The translations under genes and the position numbers were made by a program. This document shows positions 20,859 to 27,787 of a stretch of DNA of 64,000 nucleotides, piece by piece. The DNA is from Candidatus Moraniibacteriota bacterium. Lineage in GTDB: Bacteria > Patescibacteriota > Minisyncoccia > Moranbacterales > UBA2206. The notes below the pieces were generated by a model. It saw nothing but the letters and a program-made list of their open reading frames with translations. It searched no databases and had not been told where the DNA came from. Position 1 is the first letter of the stretch. Each line of letters opens with the position of its first letter. The stretch covers positions 292,944-356,943 of the forward strand of contig CAVZKT010000002.1 of assembly GCA_963775955.1 (NCBI GenBank). The letters run 5' to 3'.

Positions 20859-22034
20859 ATGGATAAGGCGGAGCAAAAAAGAATAGCCCTCACTGGCGGA
20901 GCGGCGGCGGCCGAGGCTTTGCGCCAGATTAATCCGGATGTAATGCCAATATATCCAATCACGCCCCAGACGCCGATTATTGAAACCTACGCCAAATTTC
21001 AGGCGGATCGCCGGGTGGACACCGAATTAATCACAGTGGAATCAGAGCATTCCATGATGAGCGCTTGCGTGGGAGCTTCGGCGGCGGGAGCGCGCACTGT
21101 GACCGCTTCCAGTTCGCAGGGCATAGCGCTCATGAATGAAATTTTGCCGATTGCTAGCGGCATAAGATTGCCAATCATGATGGTGGTTTCATCGCGCGCC
21201 CTTTCCGCGCCAATTAATATCCACTGCGATCATGGCGATATGATGAGCGCAAAAGATGCCGGCTGGATACAAATATTTTCCGAAAATGCCCAGGAAGCCT
21301 ATGACAACACTCTGATTGGAATGAAACTGGCGGAAAAAATAAGAATGCCCGTAATGGTGGCGATGGATGGGTTTATCACCTCGCACAGCGTCGAAACTTT
21401 GGAGCTTATCCCAGATGAAGCGGCGAAAAAATTTATCGGCGAATTCAAGCCAGCTCAATCACTTTTGGATTTTGATGACCCCGTGGCCTATGGGCCGGTG
21501 GGTCTGCCGGACTCATACTTTGAATTCAAAATTGACCAGGCGGAAGCGATGAAAAATGTTTTTCCGGAGTTCGCCCGCATCTCGTCTGAATTCCATTTGA
21601 TTTCTGGCAAAGCCTACGATCTCTTTGAAAGCTATGAAATGGAAGATGCGGAGCAGGTGGTGGTCGTGATGGGTTCAACTGCCGGAACGGCAAAAGAAGT
21701 CGTGGATAAGCTTCGGGTTGAAGGCCGGAAAGTCGGGCTCCTTAAAGTTAAATTTTTTCGCCCATTTCCCTATGAGGAAGTTGCCAGGGTTTTAGAGAAG
21801 GTAAAAAACATCGCGGTTATGGACCGGGTGATGCCCTTCGGCGCCTATCCGCCGCTTTACACTGAAATCGTAAACAGTCTATTCGAAATTCGAAATTCGA
21901 AATTCGAAATTCAATCATATGTCTATGGCCTGGGCGGCCGGGATATTTTTCAAAAAGATATCGAAAAAATTTTTGAGGACTTGATTGAAAATAAAATTTC
22001 CAAGGAGATAAAATATATCGGTAATAAAAAATGA
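20859..22034 (+). CDS. porA: pyruvate:ferredoxin oxidoreductase alpha subunit
   Basis: YPITPQTPIIE, ESEHSMMSAC; 391 aa; carries an in-frame heptamer repeat at 21881-21915. Confidence 0.9.
   Translation: MDKAEQKRIALTGGAAAAEALRQINPDVMPIYPITPQTPIIETYAKFQADRRVDTELITVESEHSMMSACVGASAAGARTVTASSSQGIALMNEILPIASGIRLPIMMVVSSRALSAPINIHCDHGDMMSAKDAGWIQIFSENAQEAYDNTLIGMKLAEKIRMPVMVAMDGFITSHSVETLELIPDEAAKKFIGEFKPAQSLLDFDDPVAYGPVGLPDSYFEFKIDQAEAMKNVFPEFARISSEFHLISGKAYDLFESYEMEDAEQVVVVMGSTAGTAKEVVDKLRVEGRKVGLLKVKFFRPFPYEEVARVLEKVKNIAVMDRVMPFGAYPPLYTEIVNSLFEIRNSKFEIQSYVYGLGGRDIFQKDIEKIFEDLIENKISKEIKYIGNKK
21881..21915 (+). repeat. tandem heptanucleotide repeat (ATTCGAA x4 plus one degenerate unit) in frame in porA
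   Basis: attcgaa attcgaa attcgaa attcgaa attcaat; translated FEIRNSKFEIQ. Confidence 0.9.
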
Positions 22035-22035
22035 A

Positions 22036-22138
22036 CCCTGTTAGAGATTTTTCTGACCTGACTGGGTTAAAATAAAATTATTAATAAATTTTCGGGTATT
22101 ATTTTTAAAATAATAAACTTGTAAAATCTCTAACAGGG
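22036..22138 (+). mobile_element. 103-bp palindromic MITE-like element (CCCTGTTAGAGATTTT ... AAAATCTCTAACAGGG) splitting the porB start codon
   Basis: 16-bp perfect TIR; 4-bp direct repeat TGAA at 22032-22035 and 22139-22142; old ATG at 22031 overlaps the porA stop (ATGA); new GTG at 22138. Confidence 0.75.
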
Positions 22139-23043
22139 TGAACAAAAAATTAACTGAAAAATTAGCTCCAGGGCATTCTACCTGCGCCGGCTGCGGGATC
22201 CCGGCAATATTCCGGACAGTTTTAGGCGCGACAGATGAACCGGTGATTGTGGTGAACGCTACCGGCTGTGGAGAGGTGACCACGACCCTTTACCCTTATA
22301 CTGCCTGGAAAGTGCCTTATATCCACAATGCTTTTGAAAACGCGGCCGCCACGGCTTCCGGAGTGGATGCGGCGCAAAAAGTATTGGAAAGAAAAGGGAA
22401 GATAAGAAAAAAAGCCAAAATTGTTGTTTTTGGCGGTGACGGGGGAACTTATGACATCGGACTGCAAAGTTTGTCCGGGGCGCTTGAACGGGGCCATGAT
22501 TTTCTCTACGTCTGCTATGACAATCAGGGCTATATGAACACTGGCGGCCAAAGGTCAGGGGCTACACCCTATGGAGCATCAACGGAAACAACCCCGGCGG
22601 GAAAAAGTGATATCGGAAATGAAATGATTCGCAAGGACATCATTCAAATTGTGGGAGGACATGGATTGAAATATATTGCCCAAGCGAATGTGGCGTTTAT
22701 TGATGATCTGGCGTTGAAGGCCAAGAAAGCGCTGGCCATGGACGGACCGCGATTTTTGCTGGTGCTTCAGCCTTGCACCAATCTTTGGAAATATCCGACG
22801 TCGCAATATGTCAATATCGGAAAGCTGGCTACTGAAACTAATTTCTGGCCGCTCTATGAAATCGAAGACGGGAATTACGTAATTAATTACGTACCTAAAA
22901 ATCCGAAGCCGGTGGAAGAATTTTTGAAAGGACAGGGGAGATTTAAACATTTATTTAAACCCGAAAATAAAGAAGTGATTGAAAAAATCCAGGGAATGGT
23001 GGATAAAAATTGGGCGGAGCTTAAGAAAGTATCTGGCATGTAG
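22138..23043 (+). CDS. porB: pyruvate:ferredoxin oxidoreductase beta subunit (TPP-binding)
   Basis: GHSTCAGCG, GGDGGTYDIG; begins at the GTG formed by the element end G plus the duplicated TGAA. Confidence 0.9.
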   Translation: MNKKLTEKLAPGHSTCAGCGIPAIFRTVLGATDEPVIVVNATGCGEVTTTLYPYTAWKVPYIHNAFENAAATASGVDAAQKVLERKGKIRKKAKIVVFGGDGGTYDIGLQSLSGALERGHDFLYVCYDNQGYMNTGGQRSGATPYGASTETTPAGKSDIGNEMIRKDIIQIVGGHGLKYIAQANVAFIDDLALKAKKALAMDGPRFLLVLQPCTNLWKYPTSQYVNIGKLATETNFWPLYEIEDGNYVINYVPKNPKPVEEFLKGQGRFKHLFKPENKEVIEKIQGMVDKNWAELKKVSGM

Positions 23044-23068
23044 TATTTTGTATAAAGTATATTTAGTG

Positions 23069-23254
23069 AGCCATCTGCCGGGATTGAACCGGCGGCCTGC
23101 GCGTGGAGTTTATCCGCCTTTGGCGGGAGTGCGCCGCCCCGCCAATATTTGAGCCCACGGTCGGGATCGAACCGACGACCTATGCGTTACGAATGCATTG
23201 CTCTACCAGCTAAGCTACGTGGGCGGGTAAATCTACCAACTGAGCTAAGATGGC
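23069..23254 (-). ncRNA. split tRNA-like gene (outer) hosting tRNA-Thr
   Basis: 5' GCCATCT-TA-GCTC-AGTTGGTAGA (23254 downwards) and 3' GCCGG-TTCAATC-CCGGC-AGATGGC-T (to 23069); the acceptor strands are perfectly complementary (7/7) but about 150 nt apart; no canonical anticodon arm found. Confidence 0.5.
23152..23224 (-). tRNA. tRNA-Thr (anticodon CGU)
   Basis: Manual cloverleaf: GCCCACG/CGTGGGC acceptor, GCTT..GAGC D-arm, anticodon loop TTCGTAA, T-arm GTCGG-TTCGATC-CCGAC; no encoded CCA. Confidence 0.85.
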
Positions 23255-23267
23255 AAATACAATAAGC

Positions 23268-23296
23268 AGTATAATTAAAAACCATTAAAAAATCAA
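23268..23296 (-). promoter_or_regulatory. promoter of the nested-tRNA locus
   Basis: Minus strand TTGATT (23296-23291), 17-nt spacer, TATACT (23273-23268); 13 nt upstream of the outer 5' end. Confidence 0.55.
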
Positions 23297-23381
23297 CTAA
23301 GAATAACATTCTGACATTCTGCAGAATATAAGAATGTCCGTAATTTGTAAATTTGTAATTAATTTGTATTTTTGTAAAATT

Positions 23382-23903
23382 ATGAAAACATTTATCTGCG
23401 AAATTTGCGGGGATGCGTATGTGGGCCTTGAAAAGCCCAAAAATTGCCCGTTCTGCGGGGCACGGGAAAATTATATCAAGCCGGGAGCGGAAGCCCAGCC
23501 GATTGTGAACGAAAAAATAGAGTTGAGCGAACAGACGACAAAAAATCTGAAAGCGACTTATGATCTGGAAGTCAATGCCTCAGCGCTTTATGTTTGCATG
23601 GCAAGCAAAGCCAAGACTTATGAAGTAAAAGCGATGTATAAAAGGTTGGCCAAGGTGGAACTTGAGCACGCAGTTATAGTTACAAAATTATTAGGAATTG
23701 ATCGTCCTGCGGTTGGAACCGAAACTTGCGGCGATGAGGATCGGGAAAATTTCCAGAAAACCATTGCGCTTGAAACTCACGCGGCTGATATCTATAATAA
23801 ATTTATGCAGGAAGCAGAAGAAAAAAATATAAAAATATTATTTACCGCGCTGGCTCAAGCCGAAAGCGATCATATAGAATTGATTAAAAATTATCTGGCG
23901 TAA
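23382..23903 (+). CDS. rubrerythrin-family protein (N-terminal rubredoxin-like knuckles + ferritin-like domain)
   Basis: CEICG...CPFCG then ELEHA / ESDHIE diiron-type helices; ATG at 23382 (the track start 23334 runs through an AATTTGTA repeat region). Confidence 0.75.
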   Translation: MKTFICEICGDAYVGLEKPKNCPFCGARENYIKPGAEAQPIVNEKIELSEQTTKNLKATYDLEVNASALYVCMASKAKTYEVKAMYKRLAKVELEHAVIVTKLLGIDRPAVGTETCGDEDRENFQKTIALETHAADIYNKFMQEAEEKNIKILFTALAQAESDHIELIKNYLA

Positions 23904-23951
23904 ATAAAATAATACAGAGAACGGTTCTTTGTATAACTGATATTTTAACTC

Positions 23952-23974
23952 TTTTGGAAGTTGAACTTCCAAAA
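23952..23974 (+). promoter_or_regulatory. perfect palindrome upstream of the ZIP transporter (candidate metal-repressor operator or hairpin)
   Basis: TTTTGGAAGTT-G-AACTTCCAAAA, 8 nt before the ATG at 23982. Confidence 0.4.
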
Positions 23975-23981
23975 TTCATAA

Positions 23982-24728
23982 ATGGCTATCTGGCTTTACA
24001 CCCTAATTTCCGTAATTATTGTCAGCTTGATATCTCTTGTCGGCGTTTTTACGTTTGCTATTTCGGCTGAAAAGCTTAAAAAAATCCTCATTTATTTTGT
24101 GAGTTTTGCTGCCGGCTCGCTTTTAGGAGACGCCTTTATTCACTTGATTCCGGAAGCATTCCAGAAAATTGAAAACACAATTTTTTTGTCTCTTAGTGTC
24201 CTGGCTGGAATTTTAGCATTTTTTGTGATGGAAAAATTTTTGCATTGGCGGCACTGCCATAAAGTGGCCTGCGAAGATCACCCGCATCCATTTTCCTATA
24301 TCTTGCTTGTTGGAGATGCTCTGCATAATTTCATTGACGGGCTGATTATAGCGGCTAGTTACCTGATAAGCATTCCAGTGGGAATTGCCACGACGCTGGC
24401 AGTGATTTTTCATGAAATACCCCAGGAAATAGGCGATTTTGGCTCACTTATTTATGCCGGGTTCAAAAAAACAAAAGCGCTTTTATTTAATTTTTTCACC
24501 GCCCTAACCGCGGTCGCGGGAGCGCTGTTCGTGCTTATTTTAAATATAAACGACGGAGAGTTTACGAGATTTTTGATCCCATTTGCGGCGGGGGGATTTA
24601 TCTATATTGCCAGCTCCGATCTGATTCCGGAGCTGCACAAAAATACTGAACCCAAAAAATCTTTCTGGCAGCTTTTCTCCTTTATTTTGGGAATCGGATT
24701 AATGCTACTATTAGTAATGTTTGAATAA
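23982..24728 (+). CDS. ZIP-family divalent metal transporter (ZupT-like)
   Basis: HNFIDGLIIA and HEIPQEIGDF motifs; 8 predicted TM segments. Confidence 0.85.
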   Translation: MAIWLYTLISVIIVSLISLVGVFTFAISAEKLKKILIYFVSFAAGSLLGDAFIHLIPEAFQKIENTIFLSLSVLAGILAFFVMEKFLHWRHCHKVACEDHPHPFSYILLVGDALHNFIDGLIIAASYLISIPVGIATTLAVIFHEIPQEIGDFGSLIYAGFKKTKALLFNFFTALTAVAGALFVLILNINDGEFTRFLIPFAAGGFIYIASSDLIPELHKNTEPKKSFWQLFSFILGIGLMLLLVMFE

Positions 24729-24729
24729 A

Positions 24730-25838
24730 ATGAAAGAGCTTCAAGAAAAAATTCAAAAACTAAAAGATAAACACGCTCTTTTGAGCGACTATCTTTGACT
24801 TGGCCGGGAAACAAAAAAGAATAGCCGAGTTGGAAAATAAATCGAACCAACCTGATTTTTGGAGCGACTCGCAAGGAGCTTCCGGGAGTATGCAAGAACT
24901 GGAAGAATTGCGCGGCACGATAAAAATGCTAAGCGACATTGAAACAGACTTGGGCGAAATCAAGGAATTGTCGGAAATTATTTCCGAAGCGGAAGTCGGC
25001 GCGGAAAAAGAGAAAGCGGATCTCGAAAACAAGCTTTCTGAAATTGAAGAAAAAATAAACCAGCTGGAATTCAAAACTCTCCTTGGCGGGGAATATGACC
25101 GCAACGGTGCGATCATGAGCATTCATAGCGGAGCGGGAGGAGTGGACGCGCAGGACTGGGCGGAGATGCTGCTGCGCATGTATCTTCGATTTTGTGAAAA
25201 AAATAAATTCAAAGCAAAAATTATTGATGAATCCCGCGGATCTGAAGCGGGGATTAAGAACGCGACTCTGGAAATATCCGGGCCGTATGCTTACGGTAAT
25301 TTGAAAAGCGAAGGCGGTGTGCACCGTTTGGTGCGGCTTTCGCCGTTCAATGCCGATAATTTGCGCCAGACATCGTTCGCGCTGGTGGAGGTAATGCCGG
25401 TCATCGAAGATATAAAAGAAGTTGTAATCAATCCGGCGGATATCCGCGTGGATGTTTATCGCTCATCCGGCGCCGGCGGGCAAAGCGTGAATACGACTGA
25501 CAGCGCGGTGCGCATTACGCATGTTCCCACGGGAATAGTGGTGACTTGCCAGAATGAACGCAGCCAAATGCAGAATAAAGAGCAGGCGATGAAAATTTTG
25601 CGCGCCAAAATCCACCAAAAATATCTGGAAGAAAAAGAGAAAGAAAAAGCCAGGTCTGCGCGGAGTTGCGGTTTCGGCCGAATGGGGGAGCCAGATCCGT
25701 TCCTATGTCCTGCATCCGTATAAATTGGTAAAAGACCACCGGACAAAGCATGAAACAACTGATACTGAAGGAGTTCTGGAAGGCAATATTGGTGATTTTA
25801 TTGAAGCATATTTGCGCTTTACCCGAATTAAAAAATAG
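24730..25838 (+). CDS. prfB: peptide chain release factor 2 (programmed +1 frameshift; a second, unexpected +1 shift near 25650)
   Basis: ATG 24730...TAT CTT TGA C at 24790-24799, then frame +1 (ORF 24800..); GGQ motif [19 protein letters not shown]; the C-terminal [21 protein letters not shown] is in a third frame, ending at TAG 25836-25838. Confidence 0.85.
24793..24799 (+). promoter_or_regulatory. RF2 autoregulatory +1 frameshift site CTT TGA C
   Basis: Matches the canonical slippery CUU-UGA-C context. Confidence 0.9.
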
Positions 25839-25846
25839 GTTATAAT

Positions 25847-26626
25847 ATGGGCATGATGGCTAAAATAAAAAATACAACTGACATTTCCAAAAAAGAGGAA
25901 AATGAAGAAAAGGAAATCGCGGATTCCAAGGATGGCAGCGGAGTGATTATTGAGTTTGATAATGTTTCTAAAATTTTCAAGGATAATTCTTTGGCGCTCA
26001 CTGACGTCAGTTTCAAGATCAAAGAAGGCGAGTTTGTTTCTTTTGTCGGGCCCAGCGGGGCTGGAAAATCAACAATCCTGAAGCTTATTTCCGCGGAAGA
26101 AATACCAACTACAGGTACTGTCTTTTTTGATGGCAATCCGCTGGATAAAATAAAAAGAAGCAGTATCCCGCTTCATCGCAGAAATATCGGAACTGTTTTT
26201 CAGGACTTTAAATTGCTTGGTAAAAAAACTGTTTTTGAAAATGTGGCTTATGCCCTGGAAGTTTGTGGAGCTCCAGCCTTGGAAATTAAAGAAAGCGTTC
26301 CGCAGATTCTGGATATTGTGGGGCTTGGCGAAAAAATGGAAAAATTTCCCAAACAATTGAGCGGCGGCGAGCAGCAAAAAGTGGCGCTGGCGCGGGCGCT
26401 TATCCACAAGCCGATTGTAATTTTGGCCGATGAGCCGACAGGAAATCTGGATTCCGCGTCTTCGGTGGAAATTGTGGAACTTCTGCTTAAAATAAATGAA
26501 CTGGGAACTACGGTTCTTTTGGCGAGCCACGATAAAGAAATTGTCAACAAGGCCTCCCGGCGGGTGATTTTTTTGGACAAAGGGAAAATTGTCGGAGATT
26601 TGGCTAAGAGCAAATATAAAATGTAA
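25847..26626 (+). CDS. ftsE: cell division ATP-binding protein FtsE
   Basis: GPSGAGKST, LSGGEQQKVALARAL, ILADEPT; followed by ftsX. Confidence 0.85.
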   Translation: MGMMAKIKNTTDISKKEENEEKEIADSKDGSGVIIEFDNVSKIFKDNSLALTDVSFKIKEGEFVSFVGPSGAGKSTILKLISAEEIPTTGTVFFDGNPLDKIKRSSIPLHRRNIGTVFQDFKLLGKKTVFENVAYALEVCGAPALEIKESVPQILDIVGLGEKMEKFPKQLSGGEQQKVALARALIHKPIVILADEPTGNLDSASSVEIVELLLKINELGTTVLLASHDKEIVNKASRRVIFLDKGKIVGDLAKSKYKM

Positions 26627-26647
26627 TTTTTTTAATCTTTTTTCACT

Positions 26648-27556
26648 ATGTTTTTGACAATAAAAAGAACATTTAAAGAAGCGCTGACGAACTTTTTGCG
26701 GAACGGCTGGCTAAGCCTGGCGACAGTGAGCATTCTTATTCTTTCTCTTTACGTGGTCAGCGTGATTTATGTGGTGACGCTTACGGTAGACGGCGTTCTT
26801 AAAAATGTCCAGGAAAAAGTCAATATCAGCATTTATTTCAAGCCGGACGTGGCGGAAGGAAAAATCACGGAAATGGAAAAATATCTCAAAAATTATACGG
26901 CGGTGAAGTCTGTGGATTATGTTTCCAAAGAACAGGCGCTTGAGGATTTTAAAAGGAACAACGCCAACGAGCCGGTTATTATGCAGTCGCTTCAGGAAAT
27001 TGGAGAAAACCCCCTGCAGGCCTCGCTGGTGGTCAAGGCGAATAATGCCGACCAGTATCAGGGTGTCGTTGATTACATAAATAAATCCGATTTTAAGGAA
27101 GATATCGGCCGGATAAATTACGGAAAAAATAAGGAGATAATTGAAAAACTCAACAGCATCATTGCGGCCATCCGCAAAACCGGAATCATTCTAAGCTTGA
27201 TTTTCGCGGCCATTGCCATTCTGGTAATTTTCAATACCATCCGGATTACCATTTATACCCACCGCCATGAAATTGAAATTATGCGGCTGGTGGGAGCGTC
27301 AAATTCCTATATCCGCCTGCCCTTTGCTTTTGAGGGAATTATCTACGGCCTGGCGGCGTCGTTGGTTTCTATGGCGATCCTTTTTGCTACGCTCAAATTT
27401 ATAACTCCCTACGTTTCTTCGGTGATACCCTCGGAAAATCTGGTCGCTTTCTATCTGGCGCATTTTTGGAAGATTTTCGGCATTCAGGTTGCTGTCGGAT
27501 CGTTTTTGGGAATAGCCGGAAGCTGGATCGCTATGCGCAAGCACCTTAAAATATAA
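26648..27556 (+). CDS. ftsX: cell division permease FtsX
   Basis: N-terminal TM, extracellular domain, C-terminal 3 TM with MRLVGAS motif. Confidence 0.85.
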   Translation: MFLTIKRTFKEALTNFLRNGWLSLATVSILILSLYVVSVIYVVTLTVDGVLKNVQEKVNISIYFKPDVAEGKITEMEKYLKNYTAVKSVDYVSKEQALEDFKRNNANEPVIMQSLQEIGENPLQASLVVKANNADQYQGVVDYINKSDFKEDIGRINYGKNKEIIEKLNSIIAAIRKTGIILSLIFAAIAILVIFNTIRITIYTHRHEIEIMRLVGASNSYIRLPFAFEGIIYGLAASLVSMAILFATLKFITPYVSSVIPSENLVAFYLAHFWKIFGIQVAVGSFLGIAGSWIAMRKHLKI

Positions 27557-27573
27557 ATTCTTTCCGCACAATA

Positions 27574-27664
27574 AAAACCCCTCCTTTTGCAATGGAGCAA
27601 AGAACCTATAGATTATCGATAAAATCGATTAATTATAGGCGAAGCTTCAATCAAGGAGGGTTTT
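27574..27664 (+). other. structured intergenic region (candidate 3' UTR element or sRNA)
   Basis: AAAACCCCTCCTT (27574-) pairs with AAGGAGGGTTTT (-27664), enclosing TTTGCaatggaGCAAA and CCTATA..ATCGATaaaATCGAT..TATAGG. Confidence 0.35.
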
Positions 27665-27706
27665 CTTGTTCAGTAACTGGTTAAGTAATAGTTTAAGCAA
27701 TAAAAA

Positions 27707-27730
27707 ACAGCGTGCTAGGCACTGTTTTTT
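27707..27730 (+). terminator. intrinsic terminator candidate
   Basis: ACAGCGTGC-tag-GCACTGT followed by TTTTTT. Confidence 0.55.
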
Positions 27731-27737
27731 ACATCCA

Positions 27738-27766
27738 TTGATTTTATACCGGTTTTACGGTAAGAT
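27738..27766 (+). promoter_or_regulatory. promoter of the nested-tRNA locus
   Basis: TTGATT 27738-27743, 17-nt spacer, TAAGAT 27761-27766; 21 nt upstream of the outer 5' end. Confidence 0.55.
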
Positions 27767-27787
27767 GAAGGACAGCTTCAAAAGTAT

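Noticed and set aside
21881-21915. CRISPR array or other spacer-repeat structure
   Set aside because: The only tandem repeats are 7-8-nt units without spacers, inside coding sequence or promoters. No 25-40-nt repeats with unique spacers occur and no cas genes are present.
22036-22138. Integron attC sites, because of the GTTAGAG / CTCTAAC cores
   Set aside because: attC sites read RYYYAAC...GTTRRRY, so the cores are in the opposite order here. The outermost pairs are CCCC/GGGG. No intI gene or cassette-like ORF organisation is present, and the 4-bp flanking duplications fit transposition better.
22031-22142. Translational bypassing (hopping from AAC/GAC to the identical codon after the hairpin) or RNA-level excision of the start-codon elements
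   Set aside because: The matching take-off and landing codons follow automatically from the target duplication. No stop codon follows the putative take-off codon and there is no bulge-helix-bulge at the stem base. GTG re-initiation is the simpler reading. RNA-seq or proteomics could still test this.
23069-23254. Group I intron interrupting the outer tRNA-like genes
   Set aside because: The intervening segments (about 150-160 nt, half of which is a tRNA) are too short. I could not recognise the paired P3-P9 core. The interruption points are not in a recognisable anticodon loop.
24793-24799. Alternative genetic code with UGA as a sense codon (as in Gracilibacteria/Absconditabacteria)
   Set aside because: An RF2 gene with the UGA-dependent autoregulatory frameshift is present. 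Many well-supported genes end in TGA (for example porA and the GT4 at 50990). No conserved gene needs in-frame TGA readthrough except where compensating indels explain it.
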